The notes under the pieces were generated by a model. That model searched no databases, was not told the origin of the DNA, and worked only from the letters and a program-made list of their open reading frames with translations. Shown here one piece after another: positions 1 to 9,539 of a stretch of 64,000 bases of DNA. The stretch is from an uncultured Gammaproteobacteria bacterium (GTDB lineage Bacteria; Patescibacteriota; Patescibacteriia; SBBC01; CAIJZX01). The position numbers and the translations under genes were made by a program. Position 1 is the stretch's first letter. Every line of letters begins with the position of its first letter. Where the stretch lies: NCBI GenBank assembly GCA_964349465.1, contig CAYGGC010000006.1:1218-65217 (forward strand), written 5' to 3'.

Positions 1-377
1 TCCATGTTCTGCGTTCTCTGCTTGTATTCCTTCAGCCTTTGCCATGGCTCCCATATCTTGATTCCAATCTCCCATCCGGGTGGTACTCTTTTCTCTTCGT
101 TGTTGCTCTTTTAAATATCGTGCCTCGTTGGTACGCGCTGTGTCACTTGCTTCAGCCATGACCCGCGCTTTTTGCGGATTTGTTACTTGTTGGCTTTCAT
201 CTGGTACTACAAAACCCTCTCCTTGGTGTTGTGGGGTTTCTCCTGACATATGGTTTGAAGTTATTTTTACCGATGCAAAAATTTTGATAACAACTGTATT
301 GTAGCAAAAAAACACGTTTTTGTCAATAAAAATGCAAACAAAAAACGCGGATTACTCCGCGTTTTTTAGGTGGTGGA

Positions 378-941
378 TTACTCGGTAACGCGCTCGGCGT
401 ATTCTTCGGTCTCGGTGTTGATGCGAATCACTTCACCAGACTTAATGAATTGCGGAACCTTGATGACGTGGCCGGTTTCAAGGGTCGCGTCTTTGAGGAC
501 AGCACCGGTCGTATCGCCCCGAACGACGTCGGAGGTGTCGGTGACTTTGAGCTCGACTTTCTTCGGGAGTTCGACCGTGATTGGCCGGCCTTCAAACTTC
601 ACGAGCTGATATTCACGGCCGTCGAGCATGAAGTGAATCTGTTCCGCGACCATTTCTTTCGGCAGGTCAATCGGTTCAAACGATTCGCTATCCATGAAGT
701 GCGCGCCGGTATCATCGGAGTAGAGGTAACTGGCTTTGCCGCGTTCGACGTCAGCTTCTTCAATCTTATCGCCGTGCTTAAATGTTTGCTCTAAGACATT
801 GCCGGTGATGAGGTTTTTCAGTTTCGTGCGTCGAACTGGTTTGCGTTGAGCCGTCCGCATGAAATCAGACCACAGGCAAACGTACGGCGCGCCGTCGATT
901 TTGACAAGGGTTCCGACGCGGATGTCATTCATGTCCATCAT
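378..941 (-). CDS. efp: elongation factor P
   Basis: The 187-aa product has a typical EF-P sequence (KIDGAPYVCL...KPVRRTKLKNLITG) and the right length. Confidence 0.9.
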   Translation of the reverse strand: MMDMNDIRVGTLVKIDGAPYVCLWSDFMRTAQRKPVRRTKLKNLITGNVLEQTFKHGDKIEEADVERGKASYLYSDDTGAHFMDSESFEPIDLPKEMVAEQIHFMLDGREYQLVKFEGRPITVELPKKVELKVTDTSDVVRGDTTGAVLKDATLETGHVIKVPQFIKSGEVIRINTETEEYAERVTE

Positions 942-952
942 ACGGTTTCGAT

Positions 953-1189
953 TTAGCGGACAGTAAACGGAATCAACGACATGATGCGAGCGCGTTTGAT
1001 CGCTTGGCTGATCATGCGTTGGTGCTTGACGCAGGTACCGCTACGGCGTCGCGGGACGATCTTGGAATACGATGAGGTGAAGCGCTGAATCAGGCGGAGG
1101 TCCTTATAGTCGACGTCATTAATGGCGTGGACGCAGAAGAAACAGCTCTTGGCCTTTTCTGGCGCGGTGGTTTGTTGCTTCGGGCGCAT
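953..1189 (-). CDS. rpsR: 30S ribosomal protein S18
   Basis: The 78-aa product carries the S18 signature RRFTSSYSKIVPRRRSGTCVKHQR and sits directly downstream of ssb. Confidence 0.9.
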   Translation of the reverse strand: MRPKQQTTAPEKAKSCFFCVHAINDVDYKDLRLIQRFTSSYSKIVPRRRSGTCVKHQRMISQAIKRARIMSLIPFTVR

Positions 1190-1192
1190 AAA

Positions 1193-1639
1193 TTAGAAAG
1201 GAATGTCTTCAATATTGATCTCGTCTTCCGTCGGCGCGGCTGGTTGAACCGTGTCGTCAGCCGTCGGGACGGCACTTACTGGCGCGCCAGCTGGGACGTC
1301 GCCTTTTTTGTCCAGGAGAATGACGTTGTCGGCGATGATTTCCGTCCGATATTTCTTCACGCCCGACGGGTCATCCCAGGAGCGGGTTTGGAGCCGGCCT
1401 TCAACGTAGAGCTTGCTGCCTTTGCGGACATACGAACTGACGGTTGTGGCGAGCTTGGCCCAGGCGACGATGTTGTGGAACTCGGTCGCTTCTTTGAGTT
1501 CACCAGAGGCTTGGTCTTTCCAGCGGCGCGAGGTCGCGACGGAGAAGGAGACCACGGATTGACCGGAATTGGTCGTTCGAGTTTCCGGATCGCGGGTGAC
1601 GTTGCCGAGAATCGTAACGCGGTTTAATGAGAATGCCAT
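1193..1639 (-). CDS. ssb: single-stranded DNA-binding protein
   Basis: OB-fold SSB sequence with the acidic C-terminal tail ending DIPF, placed between rpsF and rpsR. Confidence 0.9.
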   Translation of the reverse strand: MAFSLNRVTILGNVTRDPETRTTNSGQSVVSFSVATSRRWKDQASGELKEATEFHNIVAWAKLATTVSSYVRKGSKLYVEGRLQTRSWDDPSGVKKYRTEIIADNVILLDKKGDVPAGAPVSAVPTADDTVQPAAPTEDEINIEDIPF

Positions 1640-1650
1640 AGGGTTGATGG

Positions 1651-2154
1651 TTAGACCTTCAACGTGTCTTCATCGAGGATTTCCTCGAGCTTTTTGTCGA
1701 GCTGGGCGCTGTCCATCGGGGCGGCTTCGACTGGCGCGGCGATTGGAGCGCTTGGGGCGTTATCGGCGACGATCGCGCTGGCGACTTCCTTTTCCTTGTC
1801 GGCTTGTCGGCGAGCGGCGATATGTTCTCGCAGTCGTTCTTCGGCGGCGAGTTGCTCTGGTGACTTGACGATGAATGAAGTCACTTGGTGACGGACGATG
1901 CTGTCGTTCAAGCGCAGAATATTTTCGAGCGCCTGAAGTTTTGTGGATTCGATCTCAAACGTGATGAGATCGTAGTATCCATGGCTCAGATGGTCGATCT
2001 CGTAGGCGAGCTTCCGCTTACCCCAAAAATCTTCCTTGATCGGATTTCCGCCTTGCTGTTTGACCAGCTCACGGATCGTTTGGACATGGCTCTGGGCTTC
2101 TTCTTCGGTTTTGTTCCCGGGAAGGATATAGAGCAGTTCGTAGTGTTTGAGCAT
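1651..2154 (-). CDS. rpsF: 30S ribosomal protein S6
   Basis: The ORF is trimmed to the internal Met (MLKHYELLYIL...). The longer N-terminal extension of the listed ORF is Arg/Ser-rich junk. The product matches S6 and has an acidic C-terminus. Confidence 0.8.
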   Translation of the reverse strand: MLKHYELLYILPGNKTEEEAQSHVQTIRELVKQQGGNPIKEDFWGKRKLAYEIDHLSHGYYDLITFEIESTKLQALENILRLNDSIVRHQVTSFIVKSPEQLAAEERLREHIAARRQADKEKEVASAIVADNAPSAPIAAPVEAAPMDSAQLDKKLEEILDEDTLKV

Positions 2155-2366
2155 TGATGCTGCTGAGGAATAAAAAAGCGATGGACGTGCGGGCCGTTTT
2201 TGTCCCGCCGTAATGGCGGGACTACTTCCGGGTCCCGATCGACTTCGGGACACATGCATCGATGGCCAGACCTTACCAGAAAGCCCAATATTTGGCAAGT
2301 CCTGGTCGTATGGTCGCGACTACACCTGGTTGGGCGTGGCGGAGAAATAGGGTATACTGGCGCGGT

Positions 2367-3572
2367 ATGAATGATACCCTCTTTATCCTTGGTCGTGAGC
2401 CAGAGTTATCTGTCGCGGAACTGAATGCCATGGCCAAACACTGGTCCGGGCAGGTGGTATGGTGCTCAACGGAAGCAGCACTGGTGACGACAGCGAGCGA
2501 GGTGCCGTTGAACGAGTTCGCAAAACTTGGTGGGTCAGTAAAAATGATTCGAGTGTTAGAGCGCTGGCCCGCGGGCACACAGCCAATTGAGGTGGTTCGT
2601 GCGAAACTTGATTGGACCTGGCTCCAGCAATTCTGGCCCGAGGGTCGGGTTGAATTTGGTGTGAGCGCGTATGGATTCTCGAATAGTCAACGCGGAACCC
2701 TGATCGCCCATTTGCTCGGCGTAAAAAAAGATATCCGCGCCGACAAGCGGCCGGTCCGACTCGTGACCTCGCGTGAACCACAGCATTCCGCGGTGACGGT
2801 CCAGCGAAATGGACTGTTAAAAAACGGCAAGGAAATTGTTCTCGTCCATCACGGTGATGAGATTGTCGTTGGCGTGACTGTCGCGGTGCAGGATTACCAA
2901 GCCTACAGCTTGCGTGACTTCGGACGACCGAATGCCGATCCGAAAAATGGAATGGTCCCGCCGAAACTGGCTCAGATGATGCTCAATATCGCCGGAGCGA
3001 ACACGTCCGACATTCTTCTTGATCCATTTTGCGGATCTGGAACCGTTTTGCAGGAAGCGGCCTTGATGGGCGTGAAACAGTTGCACGGCAGCGATAACGA
3101 GGCAAAGGCTGTTAAAGACAGTCAAGAAAATCTTCGTTGGCTGGTGAAGGAATTGCCACAGTTGAATATTGACCTGGAAATTACGAAAATGGACGCCCGT
3201 TCATCGACGATCAAGCCAACCATGATTGTCACCGAACCATACCTTGGTCAGCCGCTCCGTGGACACGAACCGCTCCAGTGGTTAAAAAAACAAGCAGCTG
3301 AACTAGCAAAACTCTATCACGAAACATTCTACCAATGGAAAAGAATTCTTCGTCCAGGCGGACGAGTCGTGATGCTCTGGCCACTGTTTGTAAGCGAACA
3401 GGGGAACGTTCAACTTGAATTGGACACTGAAGTCGAGAAGCTTGGCTTTGTATCACAAGATCTGCTCACTCCCGAACAGGCGCAGGTCTTGAAAATTGAA
3501 AATCCAAAAGTCCTCACCTACGCCCGTGATGATGCGCGCGTGCGACGGCAGGTCCGGATGTGGGTAGTGTAG
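2367..3572 (+). CDS. SAM-dependent RNA (guanine-N2) methyltransferase, THUMP/Trm11-RlmL-like
   Basis: The SAM-binding motif DPFCGSGT is present. The start is trimmed to MNDTLF at 2367, and a TATACT box lies 9 nt upstream. Confidence 0.65.
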   Translation: MNDTLFILGREPELSVAELNAMAKHWSGQVVWCSTEAALVTTASEVPLNEFAKLGGSVKMIRVLERWPAGTQPIEVVRAKLDWTWLQQFWPEGRVEFGVSAYGFSNSQRGTLIAHLLGVKKDIRADKRPVRLVTSREPQHSAVTVQRNGLLKNGKEIVLVHHGDEIVVGVTVAVQDYQAYSLRDFGRPNADPKNGMVPPKLAQMMLNIAGANTSDILLDPFCGSGTVLQEAALMGVKQLHGSDNEAKAVKDSQENLRWLVKELPQLNIDLEITKMDARSSTIKPTMIVTEPYLGQPLRGHEPLQWLKKQAAELAKLYHETFYQWKRILRPGGRVVMLWPLFVSEQGNVQLELDTEVEKLGFVSQDLLTPEQAQVLKIENPKVLTYARDDARVRRQVRMWVV

Positions 3573-3593
3573 GTCACTTTCTTTGGAGGCGGG

Positions 3594-3623
3594 GATAAAA
3601 AAAGACCGGGATGTTCTCCGGTC
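3594..3623 (-). terminator. rho-independent terminator (minus strand)
   Basis: A GACCGGG/CCGGTC hairpin is followed on the minus strand by a T7 run (the plus strand reads ataaaaaaa). Confidence 0.5.
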
Positions 3624-4117
3624 GAAGGTCAGGCAGCTAGGTCTGCCTTAGTTTGGATCACCCCCTTCTAGCGAGTGTCGGCGCGGTGGTCGTTGAGGTA
3701 CGGCGCCAGAGACATCACTGAAGGCACCTCCTTCGTGGAAATGGCCGGGCTGATGGTTGGGGTGTCGGTAAAAGGTTCGCTAGCTGAACCGGGTTAGCAT
3801 CAGGAGGGCGAGACCGATGGCGCTCACCCGTACACGGTGTCGATTGCGGGCGGCAAAGTGTCGGGCCGCGGTGTTCTTGGCGTTGTGAATTCGGCGCCTC
3901 ATGGCCCTGCTCGAACGAGCGGTGCCAGGGGTAAAGCGGTGAGGAGTCTCAGGACGCGGAGAACGGGCTGCCGTACATACCTCCCTGTTGAAGTGCACTC
4001 GGACGTGGGAAATGAAAAAAGCTACCCAGAGTATACCTCCGACTTACACCTTCGTGAATTGTTCGTCAAGCCCCCCACACCAAAACTGAGGCAACAGTTT
4101 TGGTGTGGGGGCAAGAC

Positions 4118-5206
4118 CTAGGCCGCAACTCGAAAGAAGACGACATCACCATCGTGGATGATGTATTCTTTGCCTTCAATCCGGAGTTTTCCGGCCGTTT
4201 TTGCCGCTTCCCATGAGCCCGCGGCGACCAGATCAGGATAGCTGACCACTTCTACTCTAATGAAAGTCTTTTCGAAATCGGTGTGGATAACGCCAGCGGC
4301 TTGGGGAGCTTTTGTTCCGATTGGAACTGTCCAGGCCCGTGTTTCGTCGGCACCGGTCGTCAGGAAGGTGATGAGACCAAGTGTTTGGTAGGCGAGCTGA
4401 ATGAGCCGATCGAGGCCCGAGGCGGCTAACCCGAGCTCGGCGAGATAGGCGGCAGCGTCTTCGGGCGGCAAATCAGCTAACTCCTGCTCAACCTTCACGG
4501 CCACGATGATTGTTTGGTCAGGCGGCAGGTTGAAGTCGCTGGCCTGCGCCGAGGCGAGCTGATTTTCGCTAACATTCACGACGTACAGTAGGGGCTTACT
4601 GGTGAGCAGTGTTAAGGTCTTCACTAATACCAGCTCGTCGTCGGTCAGGCTCATCGTCCGGACCGGATGGCCGGCGCCGAGATGTGCGTGAACTTTTTCG
4701 ACCAAGGTTAATTCAGTTTGCGCGGCTTTATCTAGACCAGCTTTCTTTTGTTTCGTGAGCGTCTCCAGTCGCTTTGTGACTGTGGCGAGGTCAGCCATAG
4801 CCAATTCAATCTCAATCGTGGTGATGTCGGACGTGGGATCGACTTTCCCTGCAACGTGGATAATATTCGGATCCTCAAAAGCGCGAACAACTTCGGCGAT
4901 TGCATCGACCTCACGGATATTGGCTAGAAATTTATTCCCAAGACCTTCTCCTTGGTGAGCGCCGGCCACTAACCCAGCAATGTCGACAAATTCAACGGTT
5001 GTGGCAATAGTTTTTTTCGAGGACTCCTGCCTCGTTAAAACATCGAGCCGTTCATCAGGGACGGGGACAACGCCAACATTTGGATCAATGGTTGCGAATG
5101 GGTAATTCGCTACATCGACCTGCTTTTTGGTCAGGATTTGGAAGAGGGAGGATTTGCCGACGTTGGGGAGGCCGACGATACCGATCGTTTGTTTTGAACC
5201 TGACAT
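4118..5206 (-). CDS. ychF: ribosome-binding ATPase YchF (Obg-family GTPase)
   Basis: Diagnostic N-terminus [14 protein letters not shown] and a C-terminal TGS domain; 362 aa. Confidence 0.9.
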   Translation of the reverse strand: MSGSKQTIGIVGLPNVGKSSLFQILTKKQVDVANYPFATIDPNVGVVPVPDERLDVLTRQESSKKTIATTVEFVDIAGLVAGAHQGEGLGNKFLANIREVDAIAEVVRAFEDPNIIHVAGKVDPTSDITTIEIELAMADLATVTKRLETLTKQKKAGLDKAAQTELTLVEKVHAHLGAGHPVRTMSLTDDELVLVKTLTLLTSKPLLYVVNVSENQLASAQASDFNLPPDQTIIVAVKVEQELADLPPEDAAAYLAELGLAASGLDRLIQLAYQTLGLITFLTTGADETRAWTVPIGTKAPQAAGVIHTDFEKTFIRVEVVSYPDLVAAGSWEAAKTAGKLRIEGKEYIIHDGDVVFFRVAA

Positions 5207-6788
5207 AGTTTGAGGTTATGGGTAAATATCCGCTCACTTCTAGCTTTTCTTGCGTAGCAACGATTCTTTCTATGACGTTGGTTACTATTTCACGTCTAAG
5301 GCCAAAATTCAAGCCAACAAGGGCTTCTTTTGACTCCTCCGCGAAGGCATTGATCTCATCGCTATTCGGTAAGTCCGTCGCATTTACCTGCTCTTCCTGT
5401 TGTTTGGCCTTTACTGTTTGGAGTCCTAGCGAGGCAACCTGTTCTTTTAACGGCGCTATATATTCCTTTAACTGATCAATACTAAAGAGCCCAGCCCCGT
5501 ATGCCTTGGTGTAGCGTTCCTCCTGTTCTTTTAGTTTCAAAATACTTTTTTCCATCACTTTTGTATCTCCAACTGCAGAACCCGCCCTATTTTTCCGTGT
5601 ATTAGTCCAGCGCTTAAGATACATCTCAAGCAAGTCTGGTGAACTCATTAATCCTGCAATTTTGTCCCAAACTAATCTATCAGCTATTCGTGCATTAAGA
5701 CCTCTTTCCTGACAAGTACGAGGCAGGGGAGCGCTTAATACCCTATCAGTACATCTGTAGTAGAGGTGCTTTCCTTGTTGTGGGCCCTCGCCCGCACGTG
5801 TACGGCCACAGACACATCGTATCTTACCTGAAAGCAGGTACTCATTTTTTTTATTTCTTTTACATAAAGCGAAGTTAGCTTTTATCTGCTCACGCGCTCG
5901 TATGAATAACTTCTCATCAATTATCGGCGGCACCGGGATCTTCGAGGCGATCCAGTCTTCCTCCGGCTTAATTCTTCTACTACTCTTCTTCATTTTGCGG
6001 TACTTTTCTTTGTTGGTAGGATTTTCGGGAACCACGGCGTAAGAGCTACCCCAGTGAGCCTCCCCAATATAAGTCCTGTTCCTTAACATCGTGGTGAGGG
6101 TGCTAGTAGCCCAAACGCCACGCCTACTTAATCGTGGTTTAATGCCTAGTTCGTGTAACTTTCTAACTATCGTCCTAAGGGTTAATCCTTCCTCGCCAAC
6201 CCAGCTAAATATTATTTTTACAACCCTGGCTTCTTCGGGATCGATTTCATAGTAACCATGCCGGCCTTCTTCTTTCTTAATATAGCTGTAGCCATACAAC
6301 GGTCTACTCACCAGAAGATGGCCCTCTTTTACCTTACGGAGCTTCCCTAACCGGAAACGTTCAGAAATTTTCGCTCGTTCATATTGTGCGAACAAACCTT
6401 TAACCCCATATAATATTTTGTCTTCCTCGTTTTTAGGAGTAGATGTAGTAACAAAAAGTACCTCTATACCAGCCTCTCGTAATTCGTCCATGACCAGTTC
6501 TTGATACGAATATCTACGGGCTAACCGATCTGGGTCATACATCAAAACTGCTTCCCATGTTTTCTTTTTTGCATCTATGCGAAGTTGGTCAAGCGCTGGC
6601 CTTACAATGTTATCTCCACTCCAACCATTATCGAGATATTCTTGGACGATAGTATATTGGTTTTGTTTAGCAAAGTCTTTTACAGCACCAAGCTGAGTTT
6701 CAATAGTTCCCTCATTCTCTTGGTTCGAGGTTGAAACCCTTCCATAGATGGCAATCAGTTTCATTTCTTTTTTGAGGGAGTCGGTCAT
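5085..6788 (-). CDS. large serine recombinase (integrase)
   Basis: N-terminal resolvase domain (LIAIYGRVSTSNQ), followed by a recombinase domain and a Cys-rich zinc-ribbon (CVCG...YYRCT). The last ~40 codons read into host DNA antisense to ychF. Confidence 0.8.
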   Translation of the reverse strand: MTDSLKKEMKLIAIYGRVSTSNQENEGTIETQLGAVKDFAKQNQYTIVQEYLDNGWSGDNIVRPALDQLRIDAKKKTWEAVLMYDPDRLARRYSYQELVMDELREAGIEVLFVTTSTPKNEEDKILYGVKGLFAQYERAKISERFRLGKLRKVKEGHLLVSRPLYGYSYIKKEEGRHGYYEIDPEEARVVKIIFSWVGEEGLTLRTIVRKLHELGIKPRLSRRGVWATSTLTTMLRNRTYIGEAHWGSSYAVVPENPTNKEKYRKMKKSSRRIKPEEDWIASKIPVPPIIDEKLFIRAREQIKANFALCKRNKKNEYLLSGKIRCVCGRTRAGEGPQQGKHLYYRCTDRVLSAPLPRTCQERGLNARIADRLVWDKIAGLMSSPDLLEMYLKRWTNTRKNRAGSAVGDTKVMEKSILKLKEQEERYTKAYGAGLFSIDQLKEYIAPLKEQVASLGLQTVKAKQQEEQVNATDLPNSDEINAFAEESKEALVGLNFGLRREIVTNVIERIVATQEKLEVSGYLPITSNYVRFKTNDRYRRPPQRRQILPLPNPDQKAGRCSELPIRNH

Positions 6789-6793
6789 AAGAT

Positions 6794-6982
6794 TTACCCG
6801 TTTCGGGTTCTCTTCAATAAGTTTTCTTTTTCGGTTTCAGGTATTCGCCAAAGCGCGGTTTTACCCTTCCCTAACTTATATCCTTTCAGTAGGCCAGTTT
6901 TCAGCCATCTCTCAACGGTTCGGGGATGTACCCGAAAGTATTTTGCTACCTCACCTTTAGTAAGAAAATTCATTAAAATCAT
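6794..6982 (-). CDS. excisionase/AlpA-like HTH DNA-binding protein
   Basis: 62-aa protein with a helix-turn-helix (EVAKYFRVHPRTVERWLKTG), immediately upstream of int. Confidence 0.55.
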   Translation of the reverse strand: MILMNFLTKGEVAKYFRVHPRTVERWLKTGLLKGYKLGKGKTALWRIPETEKENLLKRTRNG

Positions 6983-6989
6983 TATATTC

Positions 6990-7202
6990 CTAATTGCTCT
7001 TAGATGTCAAAGTCTCATTCTTGGGGGTTTCAGCTTTTCTCTCCCTTCTTCTAAGCACTTCATCAAACAAAATACTGAAAGCCCGATCTAGTGCTGGTAT
7101 GGCAGACTCACCAAGCTCAACCTGTTGGTAGTTTAGTTTTACCAACATGGGCTTATTGTTGTGTTTTTGTGGTAGCCGCTTATCCATAGCGTAGCCACTC
7201 AA
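6990..7202 (-). CDS. hypothetical protein (island)
   Basis: An ORF with island-like composition that is tightly packed against its neighbours. Confidence 0.3.
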   Translation of the reverse strand: MSGYAMDKRLPQKHNNKPMLVKLNYQQVELGESAIPALDRAFSILFDEVLRRRERKAETPKNETLTSKSN

Positions 7203-7283
7203 TGGTGAGCGACGACGCTACGGTCTTCGTTTTGGGCTAAGTTATTTCGTAACTAGGTCATAAATTTAATGAAAGTATGATTT

Positions 7284-7649
7284 TCATACACTTTTACCAA
7301 GTAGTTCGTCGAGCGCAGAGATGACCCCTTTTGCGTCCATGCCTATAAGCTCGCGCTCACGTTCACGAATGATTTGCTTCAGTTCGCGTTCATTTGCTAT
7401 CGGATAGCCCAGATCGAGGTTACGTGTTGCTTCAATCATTTTCACCAAATCATTGTCCTCCAAAGCTTTTTTTAGAAGTTTCATGCGCCAAGGTCGATAA
7501 TGCCGGCGGATCACCCTAGCGTAGCCATTCGTGTATCTAGCCTTTAGCGCGCTTTGATATGCATTACCGAATGTAGGCGAGGCAATATCAATATATGCCC
7601 GAAGGAAGTCGAACTCTTGAAGGGTAATACTAAACTTCTTATTACTCAT
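7284..7649 (-). CDS. hypothetical protein (island)
   Basis: 121-aa ORF with island-like composition and no recognisable motif. Confidence 0.4.
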   Translation of the reverse strand: MSNKKFSITLQEFDFLRAYIDIASPTFGNAYQSALKARYTNGYARVIRRHYRPWRMKLLKKALEDNDLVKMIEATRNLDLGYPIANERELKQIIRERERELIGMDAKGVISALDELLGKSV

Positions 7650-7753
7650 ATGCTTTCATACCTACAAGGAAAATCAGGGTTATCAAAGTCAATTGTTGTT
7701 TATGAATAGTCATTATCTTTTTGTTATTTATAATTTATCAAACTCCCTGCTAA

Positions 7754-9187
7754 CTATGATATTGGTATAAGGGCCTGTTGCTTTTCTTGCCCGTGCTCTT
7801 CGTCAAAGAGGGAATTTAGTTCGGCTTCAGAAAGTTCGAGTTGATCAGTAGCGCCTAGCTCTACGTTCCTCCACCCCGTTACCTGCACCTTGTTCTTGGT
7901 TAGGGGATTCATTTCTGACTTTTTCCCATCAATAATATAATCGGCATAATTGCGGATTTTTTTGCCTAGATTTTCCATTGTATCGGCAGGAAGGTTTTTA
8001 GAGCGCGCGTATCGGATAAAAGCCTCGTGCATATCCGTCTTACTTATCCACTCCCCAGTAGCCTCTTTGAGACAGTCATGCACAAACTGTGCAATGACAG
8101 AGCCAGAGCGTTGCATCTCCTTTTTAATTTCATGCGGCGCTTTTGTATAGCTGAACCTTTGGTTTTCCAGCAATCGTTTTAACCCCACAAGCGCAAAGTT
8201 TAGTAGCCCGGACAATTCTTCGGGGGTAGAGATTTTGTCGATCAAAAACTTATCCGGGGTAGCTACTTCATTTCTGAAATGAATAATTATCCATCGACCG
8301 AAATATGCGGCATCGTTAGGGTCTTTAACGTCAGGAATTTTATTGCAAGCAAAAGTCAACTTGGCATAGTTCTCAAATTGAAACTGGTCGCCAAATTTAT
8401 ACTCGCCGGTGATGCTACCGCCACCAGTCGCAATCTTAAAAGCCCCGTTGTCGCTAATATCCTTAAATGATAGGTCATCGTAAATGTTTATATGCTTATT
8501 ATAGAAATGAGCAGCCGCGAACTTGTCAGAAGTGACTTTCTGTAAACTCACGCCCGATACGTTCTCTTTTCCAATGAATCTCTCAAAAAGTCTTAGGAGC
8601 GTTGTCTTGCCTGTATCTCCCTCGCCTACAAAAATTATTGCCTTTTTTATGAAATAAGTTCTGTACAGGATGTACCCGAACCACTCCTGAATTAAAGGCA
8701 CGTCTTGCTTGTCCAGTACTTCCAAGAGAAACTTTTTAATCACTGGACAATCAGCATCCCTAACAAAAGAAACGGGGATCTTATGAAAAAATAGATTCTT
8801 CGAATCATGCGCGCTTATTTTGCTGGTTTTAATATCTAATACTTCATTTTCAAGATTTATCAATTCCCTGCCAACCTTAAAATCTTTTCGATCCATTGTT
8901 GTTGAATCTTTAATCTTTTCAATAATCTCGTTTTTGTAGTGCTTACTAACCAACGATCTTAGTATCCTTTGTATTTCTGACCTTATTGAGTTGCCCCCGG
9001 GTACATAAATGCCATTTTTATAAAGATAAATATCGCGTGACTTCTCCCCAATGGTTTTAAGTTGGTATCTGTCGATTAAATAGTCCGCAATGCTTTGCGA
9101 GCCTAAAGATTTATCTGTTAGATAGAGGCTTCTCAGCCCTTCCTCTTCTTGATCTTGTTCGATTATATTTTGTGTTTGAGGACTCAT
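7754..9187 (-). CDS. phage/plasmid primase-helicase (D5_N plus SF3 P-loop NTPase, P4-alpha-like C-terminal domain)
   Basis: Walker A motif VGEGDTGKTT, and an overall sequence like phage-associated D5/P4 primase C-terminal domains. Confidence 0.65.
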   Translation of the reverse strand: MSPQTQNIIEQDQEEEGLRSLYLTDKSLGSQSIADYLIDRYQLKTIGEKSRDIYLYKNGIYVPGGNSIRSEIQRILRSLVSKHYKNEIIEKIKDSTTMDRKDFKVGRELINLENEVLDIKTSKISAHDSKNLFFHKIPVSFVRDADCPVIKKFLLEVLDKQDVPLIQEWFGYILYRTYFIKKAIIFVGEGDTGKTTLLRLFERFIGKENVSGVSLQKVTSDKFAAAHFYNKHINIYDDLSFKDISDNGAFKIATGGGSITGEYKFGDQFQFENYAKLTFACNKIPDVKDPNDAAYFGRWIIIHFRNEVATPDKFLIDKISTPEELSGLLNFALVGLKRLLENQRFSYTKAPHEIKKEMQRSGSVIAQFVHDCLKEATGEWISKTDMHEAFIRYARSKNLPADTMENLGKKIRNYADYIIDGKKSEMNPLTKNKVQVTGWRNVELGATDQLELSEAELNSLFDEEHGQEKQQALIPIS

Positions 9188-9441
9188 ATCTGGACATGTA
9201 AAATCGGATTTTTAAACTTTAAAGTCCAACGTTTTGCGCATCGATCACATACAAATACTATTTCAGATTGTCCACTTTCCTCATCCATTCCCTGAAGACA
9301 AGCCCTGCCGGTACCGACACGGCAATGTGGGCACTTCTGTAGTGCTTCTTTGTTTTCAACATTACCGTCTTGATCCAGCTTGACGACTGTATTGATAACA
9401 ACCTCAGCGTCGAACATTCTTTGATCATTACGTAATTTCAT
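9184..9441 (-). CDS. small zinc-ribbon protein
   Basis: Two CxxC pairs (CPHC...CDRC). It overlaps the primase start by 4 nt, so the two genes are translationally coupled. Confidence 0.5.
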   Translation of the reverse strand: MKLRNDQRMFDAEVVINTVVKLDQDGNVENKEALQKCPHCRVGTGRACLQGMDEESGQSEIVFVCDRCAKRWTLKFKNPILHVQI

Positions 9442-9494
9442 ACCAATGGGGTTATTGTAAGAAAGCCCACTAATGGCTTCACAGGGTCTCTGCT

Positions 9495-9539
9495 GGGTTT
9501 AGAAAGCAAAGCCACTAGCGGGCTTTGCTTTCTAAACCC
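9495..9539. repeat. perfect 19-bp-stem inverted repeat (GGGTTTAGAAAGCAAAGCC-N7-GGCTTTGCTTTCTAAACCC)
   Basis: Seen directly in the sequence. It lies in the divergent intergenic region next to the primase operon. Confidence 0.8.

Noticed and set aside
450-1627. Plus-strand ORFs 450..794 and 1127..1627.
   Set aside because: They are antisense to efp and to rpsR/ssb respectively, and show no protein-like features.
3600-4065. Tried to assign the unassigned intergenic region to RNase P RNA, tmRNA or SRP RNA.
   Set aside because: The conserved cores (GGAAAGUCCGGGCU / ACAGAACCCGGCUUA; GGGG...UCCACCA with a T-arm; GGUCCGGAAGGAAGCAGC) are absent on both strands. Only short chance resemblances in the wrong order were found, so the region is left as unassigned.
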